Of a stretch of DNA of 64,000 bases, positions 29,223 through 38,563 are shown piece by piece (the first letter of the stretch is position 1; the number at the start of each line of letters is the position of its first letter). Position numbers and translations under genes: made by a program. Source of the DNA: Gemmatimonadales bacterium (lineage in GTDB: Bacteria; Gemmatimonadota; Gemmatimonadetes; Gemmatimonadales; GWC2-71-9); the NCBI GenBank assembly GCA_035505915.1, contig DATJQI010000054.1, positions 93,854 to 157,853 on the forward strand, written 5' to 3'. Under the pieces are notes generated by a model that worked only from the letters and a program-made list of their open reading frames with translations, searched no databases and had not been told where the DNA came from.

Positions 29223-30849
29223 CAAGACCGTCATGCTCCTCGGCGGCTCCGGCCTCGTGGGCCACGCCGTGGCGCGCCGGGTGCTGGCCGAGCGGCCGAG
29301 CCGCCTGGTGCTGGTGGCGCTCTTCGAAGATGAAGTCCGGGCGGCCGCGGCCGCCCTCGAGGCGTACCGCGGGCGCGCGGAGGTGGCGGTGGAGTGGGGG
29401 AACGTCTTCCTGCCCGCGCCCGTGGCGCGCCGCGAGCGCGGCGAGATCCTGGCGGACTCCGCCCTCCGCACCCTGCTCATTCAGGACCAGTTCGGGGATT
29501 TGACCGAGGACGTGCTGGAGCGGAACCTCCTGTACCAGCTCCTCGCCCGCTACCGCCCCGACGCCGTGGTCGACAGCATCAATACGGCCACCGCCTTCGC
29601 CTATCAGGACATCTTCCAGAGCGCGCGCGACCTGCTCGCCGCGTCCGCCGCCGGCACCCTGGACCGGGCCCAGGTGGAGCAGCACATCCTCACGCTGACC
29701 ATGCCCCAGCTGATCCGCCACGTGCAGATCATCACGGAGGGCCTGAAGCGGTCCGGCACGTCGGTGTATGTGAAGGTGGGGACGTCGGGCACGGGCGGGA
29801 TGGGGTTCAACATCCCCTACACCCACTCCGAGGAGCGGCCCAGCCGCACCCTCTTGACCAAGTCGGCCGTGGCCGGCGCGCACTCCCTCCTGCTGTTTCT
29901 GCTGGGACGCACGCCGGACGCGCCCGCCATCGTCGAGATCAAGCCGACGGCGACCATCGCGTGGCGGGAGATCGCCTACGGGCCGGTGCGCCGGAAGGGC
30001 AAGCCCCTGCCGCTGGTCGACTGTCCGGCCCCGCTCCCGGTGGCGGACGCGTTCGCGCCCGGCGCCAAGCCGTGGAAGGACCAGGGGAAGCCGGTGCAGG
30101 GGGTGTTCATCGACGTCGGGGAGAACGGTCTCTTCGCCAAGGATGAGTTCGCGACGGTGACGGCGCTGGGACAGATGGAGTTCATCACCCCCGAGGAAGT
30201 GGCCGACTACGTCATCCAGGAGATCCAGGGCCGGCCGACGGGCAAGGACATCGTCGCGGCCCTGGACGGCGCTACCGCCGGGCCGACCTACCGCGCCGGC
30301 CTCCTCCGCTCGGCGGCCCTGGGTCGGCTCGAAGGTCTGGAGCGGGACAGCGGCACCCGATCGGTGGCTTACGAGATGCTGGGACCCCCGCGGCTCACGA
30401 AAATGCTCTATGAAGCGTATGTGCTGTCGAAGCTCCGTCCGACCGTCCGTGCCCTCGCGGGCTCCGACGGCGCGGGCGTGGCGGGCGAGGCCCAGGCCCT
30501 GATCGAGCGCGACACCGCCCTGCGGTCGCACATTTTGTCGGTAGGGCTTCCCATCCTCTGCGCCGACGGCGCCCGCGTGTACCGGGGGAGCCTGGTGGTG
30601 GTGCCGCCGACGCCCGGGGACCCCCGGGGCGCGGCGCCGCGCGGCTGGGTGGATCTCCGGCCCGAGTACTTCGGGATGTGGGTGAAGCGGGCGCAGGCGA
30701 TCGTGGCGGCGGAGGTCCGGGCCGGATCGAAGGAATCGGGCAGCGACGTGGACTGGATGGCCATCCGGGGCGACGATCCGGTGGATCCGCCCCGGTTCGC
30801 GACCTGGGTGTTCGAGCACGAGGACCGCGGGGCGCGGATCAAGCGGTGA
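29209..30849 (+). CDS. 546-aa protein with N-terminal Rossmann NAD(P)-binding motif, otherwise unrecognised
   Basis: GTG start overlaps rluB by 14 nt. KTVMLLGGSGLVGHAV (GxGxxG). I could not place the remaining ~480 aa in any family. Confidence 0.55.
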   Translation: MHLADKTVMLLGGSGLVGHAVARRVLAERPSRLVLVALFEDEVRAAAAALEAYRGRAEVAVEWGNVFLPAPVARRERGEILADSALRTLLIQDQFGDLTEDVLERNLLYQLLARYRPDAVVDSINTATAFAYQDIFQSARDLLAASAAGTLDRAQVEQHILTLTMPQLIRHVQIITEGLKRSGTSVYVKVGTSGTGGMGFNIPYTHSEERPSRTLLTKSAVAGAHSLLLFLLGRTPDAPAIVEIKPTATIAWREIAYGPVRRKGKPLPLVDCPAPLPVADAFAPGAKPWKDQGKPVQGVFIDVGENGLFAKDEFATVTALGQMEFITPEEVADYVIQEIQGRPTGKDIVAALDGATAGPTYRAGLLRSAALGRLEGLERDSGTRSVAYEMLGPPRLTKMLYEAYVLSKLRPTVRALAGSDGAGVAGEAQALIERDTALRSHILSVGLPILCADGARVYRGSLVVVPPTPGDPRGAAPRGWVDLRPEYFGMWVKRAQAIVAAEVRAGSKESGSDVDWMAIRGDDPVDPPRFATWVFEHEDRGARIKR

Positions 30850-30910
30850 CCCGGGGGCGGGACGGCGGGGTCGAGGGTACTGGAACGGTGGACTCAAGGG
30901 AGGCGGACGC

Positions 30911-31897
30911 GTGACGGCAGGAGGACGAATCTCGAGGCCGCAGGTGACCGACGCGGCGCTGGCGACCGCCTTGACCCGCGAGGTGGGGAAGCGCGTGGTG
31001 GGGCAGGACGTCATGGTGGAGCGCCTGCTCGTGGGGCTGCTCACCGGTGGGCACATCCTGCTCGAGGGCGTCCCCGGGCTCGCCAAGACCCTCGCGGTCC
31101 GGACCGTGGCCGAGTGCCTGCGCATCAGCTTCTCCCGGATCCAGTTCACGCCCGACCTGCTCCCCGCGGACGTGATCGGCACGATGATCTACGACCAGAA
31201 GTCCCAGGAGTTCTATCCCAAGAAGGGCCCGCTCTTCGCCAACCTGATCCTCGCCGACGAAATCAACCGGGCGCCGGCGAAGGTGCAGTCGGCGCTTCTC
31301 GAGGCGATGCAGGAGAAGCAGGTCACCATCGGCGGCGAGACGTTCTATCTCGGGGAGCCGTTCCTGGTCCTCGCGACCCAGAACCCCATCGAGCACGAGG
31401 GCACCTACGCCCTGCCCGAGGCGCAGCTCGACCGGTTCATGCTCAAGGTCCGCGTGGGCTATCCCACCCGCGACGCCGAGAAGGAGATCGTCGGCCGGAT
31501 GGCGTCGGGACGCCCCATCGAGGTCGAGCGGATCGCGAGCGGCGAAGACGTACTGGCGGCGCGCAGCGCCATCGCCGAGCTGTACATGGACCAGAAGGTC
31601 GTGGACTACATCGTGGACGTGGTGCGCGGCACCCGGGAGCCGCAGGCCGTGGGGCTCGGGGAGCTGAAGCCCCTGATCGCCTTCGGCGCGTCCCCGCGGG
31701 CGTCCATTTATCTGGCCCAGGCGGCCCGGGCTCACGCCTACCTCCGGGGCCGCTCGTACGTGGTCCCCGAAGACGTGAAGGCGATGGCGTACGACGTCCT
31801 CCGCCACCGCGTCCTCCTCACGTTCGAAGCCGAAGCCGAGGACCTGGACGCGGACCGCGTGATCGGCCGGATCCTGGAGGCGGTCGGCGTGCCGTGA
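30911..31897 (+). CDS. MoxR-type AAA+ ATPase
   Basis: VVGQDVMVERLLVGLLTGGHILLEGVPGLAKT (Walker A) and ..LILADEINRAPAKVQSALLEAMQE.. (Walker B / sensor). Confidence 0.9.
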   Translation: MTAGGRISRPQVTDAALATALTREVGKRVVGQDVMVERLLVGLLTGGHILLEGVPGLAKTLAVRTVAECLRISFSRIQFTPDLLPADVIGTMIYDQKSQEFYPKKGPLFANLILADEINRAPAKVQSALLEAMQEKQVTIGGETFYLGEPFLVLATQNPIEHEGTYALPEAQLDRFMLKVRVGYPTRDAEKEIVGRMASGRPIEVERIASGEDVLAARSAIAELYMDQKVVDYIVDVVRGTREPQAVGLGELKPLIAFGASPRASIYLAQAARAHAYLRGRSYVVPEDVKAMAYDVLRHRVLLTFEAEAEDLDADRVIGRILEAVGVP

Positions 31898-32769
31898 GCC
31901 CCGAGGTGCTGCGGCAGGTCAAGGGGATCGAGCTCCGCACCCGGTCCCTCGTCAACACGCTCTTCACGGGCGAGTACCGGTCGGTGTTCCGGGGGCAGGG
32001 AATCGAGTTCGCCGAAGTCCGCGCCTACCAGCACGGCGACGACTTCCGCGCCATCGACTGGAACGTCTCCGCGCGGATGGGCACGCCGTTCGTCAAGACG
32101 TTCGTCGAGGAGCGGGAGCTCACGCTCCTCCTGGTGGTCGACCAGTCCGGCTCCCTCCACTTCGGGCGCCCCGCGTCCAAGGCGGGGATGGCGGTGGAGG
32201 TCGGCGCCGTGCTCGCCCTCGCCGCCGCGCGCCATTCGGACCGCGTCGGCGCGCTGCTCTTCGCCGACCGCGTGGAGCACGTGATCCGCCCGGCCAAGGG
32301 GCGGGGACACGCGCTGCGGGTGATCCGCGATCTCATCGCGTTCGCGCCCCGCGGGCGCGGCACCAACCTCGCCGAAGCGCTCCGGTACGCCACCAAGCTC
32401 CTGCGCCACCGCGCGGTGGTGGTCGTGATCTCGGATTTCCGCGCCGAGGGCTGGGACGAGCCGCTGGCGCGGCTCGCCAATCAGCACGACGTCGTGGCGA
32501 TCACCATCGACGATTCCCGAGAGGTCGCGCTGCCGGACGCGGGCTGGATCGAGCTCGAGGACGCGGAGACCGGCCGCCGGGTGCTGGTGGACACGGGGCA
32601 CGAGGGCACCCGGGGGCGGGTCCGGCTCGCCGCCGAGCGCGTGTTCCAGGAGCGCCAGCGGAAACTGGTCCGGGCCGGCGTCGATCTCGTATCGCTGCAT
32701 ACCCACATTCCCTACGCCCTGCCCCTGCGGCGCGCGTTCGCCGAGCGCGCCCGCCGGATGAAACGCTAG
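31894..32769 (+). CDS. DUF58-family protein (MoxR partner)
   Basis: GTG overlaps the moxR stop (GTGA). GEYRSVFRGQGIEFAEVRAYQHGDDFRAIDWNVSAR is the DUF58 signature. Confidence 0.85.
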   Translation: MSPEVLRQVKGIELRTRSLVNTLFTGEYRSVFRGQGIEFAEVRAYQHGDDFRAIDWNVSARMGTPFVKTFVEERELTLLLVVDQSGSLHFGRPASKAGMAVEVGAVLALAAARHSDRVGALLFADRVEHVIRPAKGRGHALRVIRDLIAFAPRGRGTNLAEALRYATKLLRHRAVVVVISDFRAEGWDEPLARLANQHDVVAITIDDSREVALPDAGWIELEDAETGRRVLVDTGHEGTRGRVRLAAERVFQERQRKLVRAGVDLVSLHTHIPYALPLRRAFAERARRMKR

Positions 32770-33609
32770 ATGCTCGCGCCGGGACCGGCCCTCGTCCTCT
32801 GGGCTCTCGCCGCGGCGGGCGGGGACACACCCTGGGTCGCCCTGCCGGCGGGGCCCACCGTGGGCGACACGGTCTGGCTCACGCGGGTGATCGCGGTGGC
32901 TCCCGAGTGGCGGGTCCGGGCGGCGGCGTTTGAGTCCCAGGGAGACGTGGCGCCGCTCGGCGAGCCGGTGGTGACGCCCGGCGCCGGTGAAGACACGATC
33001 CGCTACGCCGTCGTGGCGTGGACCGCCGGCCCGCACCGTCTCGTGCTGCCGACGCTGTGGGTGGTGAAGGCGGAGGGCCGGAGCGACTCGCTCGCGGGCG
33101 GCACCGTCGATCTGACCGTCCGCAGCGTCCTGCCCGCCGACACCGCCGGGTTGAAACCCAAGGCGCTCCTCCCGCCCGTCGATCTCCGCCCCCCGTCGTT
33201 CTGGCCGCCGGCGCTCGCGGTGCTGCTGGCCGCCGTCGCCCTGGTGCTCACCGTGCGCCTGCGCCGGCGCGGCCCGCGGCCGACCGCCGCGGCGGCCGAG
33301 TTGGTGCTGGGGGGCCCGGCGCCCGACGACCGCTGGCTCGACGCCGGAGAGCCCAAGGCCGTGGCGGCGCGGGCCAGCCGGATCCTCCGCGAGGCGCTGG
33401 CCCGCGTGGTTCCCGACGCGAGCGCATCCCTGCCGGTGCGCGAGGCGCTCGCGGCCGCGGAAGGCCGGATGCCCGGCGTCACCTTCCGCCGGATCCGGGA
33501 GGCCCTGCTCACGCTCGATCAGGTCTCGTATGCGGTGGCGCACGGCGCCGACGTGGCCAAGGTGGCCGCCGACGCGCGCGAGGTCGCGCGCGAGATCGTG
33601 ACCCCGTGA
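32770..33609 (+). CDS. Bat-operon membrane protein (occupies the DUF4381-type position)
   Basis: Signal-like N-terminus, a predicted beta-rich domain, one TM (FWPPALAVLLAAVALVLTV) and a cytoplasmic tail. Its ATG abuts the DUF58 stop. Confidence 0.5.
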   Translation: MLAPGPALVLWALAAAGGDTPWVALPAGPTVGDTVWLTRVIAVAPEWRVRAAAFESQGDVAPLGEPVVTPGAGEDTIRYAVVAWTAGPHRLVLPTLWVVKAEGRSDSLAGGTVDLTVRSVLPADTAGLKPKALLPPVDLRPPSFWPPALAVLLAAVALVLTVRLRRRGPRPTAAAAELVLGGPAPDDRWLDAGEPKAVAARASRILREALARVVPDASASLPVREALAAAEGRMPGVTFRRIREALLTLDQVSYAVAHGADVAKVAADAREVAREIVTP

Positions 33610-34586
33610 CCTTCGCCCGCCCGTTCCTGCTCGTCCTCCTCCTGGGACTCCCGGTGTGGTGGTGGGTGCGCCGGCGCCGGCTGGGCCGCGCGGGGGGGAT
33701 CCGCATGAGCGACGTGGGCGCGGCGGCCGGCGCGGCGGCCCGGCGGTGGCCGGCCCGCCTGCCGGTGATCCTCCGCAGTCTCGGCGTCGCCGCGTGGATC
33801 ATCGCGGCGGCGGGTCCCCGGATCGGTGTGGGGAGATCCGAGGTGCGGAGCGAGGGCATCTCGATCGTCCTCGCCGTCGACGTGTCGAGCAGCATGCTGT
33901 CCCAGGATTTCGCGCCGGCCGACCGCATCGACGTCGCCAAGGCGACCGCCATCGACTTCGTCCGTCACCGGCCCGACGACCGGATCGGGCTCGTGGCCTT
34001 CGCGGCCCAGGCGCTGTCGCTCGTGCCCGTCACCACCGACTATGGCGTGCTCGAGCAGGCGCTCGGCGACCTGCACGTGGGCACGGTGAGCGAGGACGGG
34101 ACCGCGATCGGCACGGCCATCGGCACGGCGGCGAGCCGGCTGCGGCGGGCGCCGGGCCGGAGCAAGGTGGTGGTCCTGCTCACCGACGGCGTCAACAACC
34201 GCGGCATCGATCCCCGCACCGCCGCGCAGGCCGCGGCCGTGTTCGGGGTCCGCATTTACACCATCGGCGTCGGCACGGAGGGAGAAGCGCCGGTTCCCAC
34301 CGGGCAGGGCCTCGAGGGGATGCGTTATCAGACCATGCCGGTGGAGCTGGACGAAAAGCTCCTGGGCGACGTCGCGACGGCCACCGGGGGCCGGTACTTC
34401 CGGGCCACGGATTCCCAGTCGCTCCGGGAGATCTTCGCCGAGATCGACCGGCTCGAAAAGACGCCGGTGCGCCAGGTGGTCAGCCGGCGCTACGACGAGT
34501 CGTTCCGGCTCCCGCTCGCCGTCGGTCTCCTCGCGCTGGCGCTCGAGATCGCGCTCTCCGCCACCCTGGCCGTGCGGGTGCCCTAG
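33606..34586 (+). CDS. batA: BatA-like von Willebrand factor A membrane protein
   Basis: GTG overlaps the upstream stop (GTGA). N-terminal TM helices, MIDAS motif LAVDVSSSM..., ..LLTDGVNN... Confidence 0.8.
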   Translation: MTFARPFLLVLLLGLPVWWWVRRRRLGRAGGIRMSDVGAAAGAAARRWPARLPVILRSLGVAAWIIAAAGPRIGVGRSEVRSEGISIVLAVDVSSSMLSQDFAPADRIDVAKATAIDFVRHRPDDRIGLVAFAAQALSLVPVTTDYGVLEQALGDLHVGTVSEDGTAIGTAIGTAASRLRRAPGRSKVVVLLTDGVNNRGIDPRTAAQAAAVFGVRIYTIGVGTEGEAPVPTGQGLEGMRYQTMPVELDEKLLGDVATATGGRYFRATDSQSLREIFAEIDRLEKTPVRQVVSRRYDESFRLPLAVGLLALALEIALSATLAVRVP

Positions 34587-36233
34587 ATGAACTGGGACGC
34601 TCCCGCCGTGCTCCTCATCGCCCCCCTGATCGCGGGCGTGGTGTGGTTCGCGGCGGCCTGGGCGCGCCGGGTCCGGTTGCGCCGGGCCGAGCAGTGGTCC
34701 ACCGACACCCTCGACCGGGCCCGGGCCGCGGGCCGCTTCGGACCGACCACCCTGGCCCTCGCCGCGTTCTGCGGCACGGTGGCGCTCGCGGGGCCGCGCT
34801 GGGGATCGGAACGGATCACGACGGAATCGCGGGGGCTCGATCTGGTGCTGGCCGTGGACATCTCGCGCTCCATGCTCGCGGAGGATGCCGGAAGCTCGCG
34901 CCTGGCACGCGCGGTCCGCGAGGCGCGCCGCCTGGTGCAGGATCAGCCCGGGGATCGGATCGGGCTGATCGGCTTCGCCGGAGCCGCGTACGTTCTGTCA
35001 CCGCTCACGGTGGACGGCAGCGCCATCAACCTGTATCTCGACGCGCTCGATCCGGACATCGCGTCGGCCGGAGGGACGGCCATCGCGCCGGCCCTGCAGA
35101 GCTCCGGCGCGCTCCTCGACGCGGCGCCGGACCTGTCGGACCGCGTGCTGGTGGTGTTCACGGATGGCGAGGCGCACGACACGCTGCCGGACATCGTGGC
35201 CCAGAGCGAGCGGCTGGCGAAGGACGGCGTCCACGTGATCTTCGTGGCCGAGGGCGGTGCCGCCCCGGCGCGGATTCCCGTCCGCGACGACCACGGCGTC
35301 TTCATCGGCTGGCAGAAGGACGCGGACTCGGCCGAGATCGGCACCCGCCGCCGGGACGACGAGCTGACCGCGTTCGCGGACGCGGCGCACGGCAGCGTGG
35401 TCGCCGCCGATCTGCCGGACCAGGCGGGAGCGATCCGCTCGCTCATCGCGGGCTACAAGCGGACCGGCGGTGCGGAGGCCCACGCCGAGGCGGGGCGCTC
35501 GCAGGCGTGGATTCCGCTCCTCGTGGGGGCGGCCCTTCTCCTCCTTCAGGCGGCGGGCCGGCGCGCGGCGTCCCTGATCTGCCTGCTGCTCTTGGCCGGG
35601 GGGGGGCGCGGCGTCCGTGCCCAGGGCGCGCGGCGGCCCCGCACGCCGGCGGCCAAGGCGTGGGCGGCGGGGGACACCCTCGGCGCGCGGGCCGCCTACC
35701 TGAGCGCCCTGTCCGGGCGGCGCGGCGTGGATACGGCCTGGTACAACGCGGGGACCGCGGCGCTCGCGGCGGGAGATTGGGAATCGGCCCAGCAGGGCCT
35801 GTCCCGGGCGGCGGGTTCGCTCGATCCGGAGGTGCGGTTCCGGGCCCTCTACAACCTCGGGCTCCTGGACTTTCAGCTCGCCCGGGCGGACAGCGCCAAC
35901 CGCGACGCGCATCTCGGGGACGCGGAGAAGGCGTACCGGGAGGCGCTGCTGCTCAAGCCCAGCCATCCGGCCGCCAAATGGAACCTGGAGCTCGCCACCC
36001 GGCGACGCGGCGGGAGCAACGGGTCGTCCAATCAGTCTCCATCCGGAGGCGGAGGCGCCAACGGATCCCCGCAGCCGACGCCCAACGGCGGCGGGCGTGG
36101 ACCCGATCGCGCCCTCTCGCAGGCCCAGGCCGACGAGATCCTCCGGTCCATCGGCCAGGAGGAGCTGCGGGCGCGCCGGGACAAGACGGGCCGGGTGCGC
36201 CGGGCCGGTGAGCCGGACCTGAAGGACTGGTGA
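34587..36233 (+). CDS. BatB-like VWA protein fused to BatC-like TPR region
   Basis: MIDAS motif LAVDISRSM, then TPR-like repeats (AWYNAGTAALAAGDWESAQQGL.., ..YNLGLLDFQLA..) and a Gly/Ser-rich tail. Confidence 0.75.
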   Translation: MNWDAPAVLLIAPLIAGVVWFAAAWARRVRLRRAEQWSTDTLDRARAAGRFGPTTLALAAFCGTVALAGPRWGSERITTESRGLDLVLAVDISRSMLAEDAGSSRLARAVREARRLVQDQPGDRIGLIGFAGAAYVLSPLTVDGSAINLYLDALDPDIASAGGTAIAPALQSSGALLDAAPDLSDRVLVVFTDGEAHDTLPDIVAQSERLAKDGVHVIFVAEGGAAPARIPVRDDHGVFIGWQKDADSAEIGTRRRDDELTAFADAAHGSVVAADLPDQAGAIRSLIAGYKRTGGAEAHAEAGRSQAWIPLLVGAALLLLQAAGRRAASLICLLLLAGGGRGVRAQGARRPRTPAAKAWAAGDTLGARAAYLSALSGRRGVDTAWYNAGTAALAAGDWESAQQGLSRAAGSLDPEVRFRALYNLGLLDFQLARADSANRDAHLGDAEKAYREALLLKPSHPAAKWNLELATRRRGGSNGSSNQSPSGGGGANGSPQPTPNGGGRGPDRALSQAQADEILRSIGQEELRARRDKTGRVRRAGEPDLKDW

Positions 36234-38563
36234 TGCTTCTCCTGGCGCTGGCGTTGCTCCAGGGACCGCAGCCGACGCTGACCGCGTCGGTGGATCACGC
36301 GCACCTGCGGGTCGGGGATCAGCTCATCCTCACGATCCAGGCGCGGACGCGTTCCGCGGACCGACTGACCCTCGCGCTCCCGGCGATGGCCGGCTTCGCG
36401 ATGGTCGGCTCGCGGGACGCGACCCAGGTGTCGTTCGGCGGAGCCGGTGGAGGGGAGCGCGTCACCGTCCGCGAGCTGGTGCTCCGAGCCGAGCGCCCGG
36501 GGACGCTGGTGATCGGATCGATCGTGGCGGTGCAGGGCAGCTGGAAGGCGCGGACCGCGCCCATCGCGATCACGGTGGACTCGAGCGGCCTCTCGGCGTC
36601 CGTCAGTCCCATCACCCGGTCGCTGCTCGCCGCCGCCCCTCCGCCGGCGCGCACCGATCAGGTGTCCCTCACGCTGGTCGCGTCGCAGGACACGGCGTGG
36701 CCCGGCGCCCAGGTGGACGTCGTGGCCGCGGCGTGGTTCCCGCGAACGGTCCGGAACCAGCTCACGCGGGATCCGATCCTCGCGCTGGCGACGCCGGTGG
36801 GTGCCTGGGGCTACCCTCCCGACGGCCCGGCCGGAGTGGCCGCGAGCCGTCTGGTGCGAGGACAGTGGATGGATCTCTTCGTCATTCACGAGACGCTGTT
36901 TCCGCTCGCGGCGGGCCGGCTGGTACTGCCCCCGGCGTCTCTCGAATACGCGCTGCCGGTCACGGCGTCGATCCTCACGCGGGAAGAGCGTTACGCGCTG
37001 GCGAGCGACTCGCTCGTGATCACGGTGCCGTCGCCACCCGCGGCGGGACGTCCCGCGGGGGACCGCGGCGTGGTGGCGCGGGACCTGTCCCTGACCCTCG
37101 ACGTGGACTCGGGGACGGCGCGGGTGGGGGAGCCGCTGCAGGTCACCGTGGCGGTCGCCGGCATCGGGAACGTGACGCTGTGGCCCGAGCCCGAGATCGC
37201 GTGGCCGGCGGCGCTCCGCGCGTACCCGGGCGAAGAAGAGACCCGGATCGATCCCCAGGACGGCGTGATCGCCGGGACGAAGACGATCCGCTATCTCGTG
37301 GTCCCCGACTCCACCGGCAGTCTCCTGCTGCCGGAGATCCGCTATCCCTATTTCGATCCGGGGGCTGGGACGTACGACGTGGCCCGGGTGGCGCCGCGCA
37401 CCCTCACGGTCGCCCCGGGTCTGGGCATCGCCACGGCGCGGTCGCCCTTGCCGCTGCTCCCGCCGCGTCCCGCGCCGGCCGCGCTCCGGCTGGCGCGGGG
37501 TGCGTGGCCCTGGGGCTGGCTGGCGGTGCTGTTCCTGCCGCCGATCGCGGTCGCGGTGGGCCGGATGCCGCGGCGCTCGCGGGGTCCGGAGCCGGAGCCG
37601 GCGCCGGCGGTGTGGGGCACGCGTCTCGGACGTCTCGAGCGGGACTTCCAGCTCACCCTGATCGCCTACGTCGCCGACGCCGGGACGCGTGACGGAGACG
37701 TCCTGGCCTCCGCCCTGCGCGCCGCGGGGCTCGAGCGGGCCGTGGCCGATCACGTGGTGCGTCTCCGCGACCGGCTGCGCGCCGCCCGGTACGGACCGCA
37801 GGGTGCCGCGGACCAGGCCGAGCTGGCCGAGGAGCTGACCCAGGTGCTGAAGGTGCTGGGGGCGGAGCCGGCGACCGGCGGGGCGCGGCGGCACCGGCGC
37901 GTGCTCGCCCTGCTGGCATTCGCGGCGCTCGCCCCGGGGGCGCGCGCCCAGGTCCCGGGCGCCGAGGCTCTGTACGGCGCGGGTGCCGTCCGGGCGGCGG
38001 TCGACTCGTTCGCCGCCCGCGTGAACCGGGCGCCGGACGATGCCGCGGCGTGGTACGACCTCGGCGCCGCCGAGTACCGCGCCGGCGCGGACGGGCGCGC
38101 CGTGGCGGCCTGGACCGAAGCCGCGCGGCGGGCGCCGCGGGATCCCGTGATCCGGCGCGCGCGCGCGCTTCTGCCCGCGCCCGACCTCGCCTCCGAAGAC
38201 CTGCTCGCGGTCGGTCCGCTGACGCCGGGGGAGTGGGCGGTCCTCGCGGGCGCCGGCTGGCTGCTCTGGTGGGGGAGCGTCGCGCTCCGCCGCCGCCGGT
38301 TATCGTTCGTGCTCCTCGTGGTCACCGTGGGTGCCGGGGTGGCCGGCGGGCTCGAATGGCGGCGGGGGCGCCGCCCGGTGGTGGTGGTGGTCGCCGCCCC
38401 CGCGCCGGTCCGGAGCGCGCCGTTCGGCGAGGCCAGCGCCGGATCGACCCTGCCCGCGGGAGCGGCGGCACTGGCGGTGAAGAATTACGGGGGCTGGGTG
38501 GAGATCGAACGTCCCGACGGAGTGCGGGGGTGGATGCTCGAAACCGAGGTGACGCCGCTGTGA
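36230..38563 (+). CDS. BatD-like oxygen-tolerance protein fused to TPR and C-terminal SH3 (BatE-like) modules
   Basis: The start overlaps the batB stop. Repeated Ig-like BatD segments, TM helices, a TPR (AAWYDLGAAEYRAGADGRAVAAW) and an SH3-like tail VKNYGGWVEIERPDGVRGWM. Confidence 0.7.
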   Translation: MMLLLALALLQGPQPTLTASVDHAHLRVGDQLILTIQARTRSADRLTLALPAMAGFAMVGSRDATQVSFGGAGGGERVTVRELVLRAERPGTLVIGSIVAVQGSWKARTAPIAITVDSSGLSASVSPITRSLLAAAPPPARTDQVSLTLVASQDTAWPGAQVDVVAAAWFPRTVRNQLTRDPILALATPVGAWGYPPDGPAGVAASRLVRGQWMDLFVIHETLFPLAAGRLVLPPASLEYALPVTASILTREERYALASDSLVITVPSPPAAGRPAGDRGVVARDLSLTLDVDSGTARVGEPLQVTVAVAGIGNVTLWPEPEIAWPAALRAYPGEEETRIDPQDGVIAGTKTIRYLVVPDSTGSLLLPEIRYPYFDPGAGTYDVARVAPRTLTVAPGLGIATARSPLPLLPPRPAPAALRLARGAWPWGWLAVLFLPPIAVAVGRMPRRSRGPEPEPAPAVWGTRLGRLERDFQLTLIAYVADAGTRDGDVLASALRAAGLERAVADHVVRLRDRLRAARYGPQGAADQAELAEELTQVLKVLGAEPATGGARRHRRVLALLAFAALAPGARAQVPGAEALYGAGAVRAAVDSFAARVNRAPDDAAAWYDLGAAEYRAGADGRAVAAWTEAARRAPRDPVIRRARALLPAPDLASEDLLAVGPLTPGEWAVLAGAGWLLWWGSVALRRRRLSFVLLVVTVGAGVAGGLEWRRGRRPVVVVVAAPAPVRSAPFGEASAGSTLPAGAAALAVKNYGGWVEIERPDGVRGWMLETEVTPL

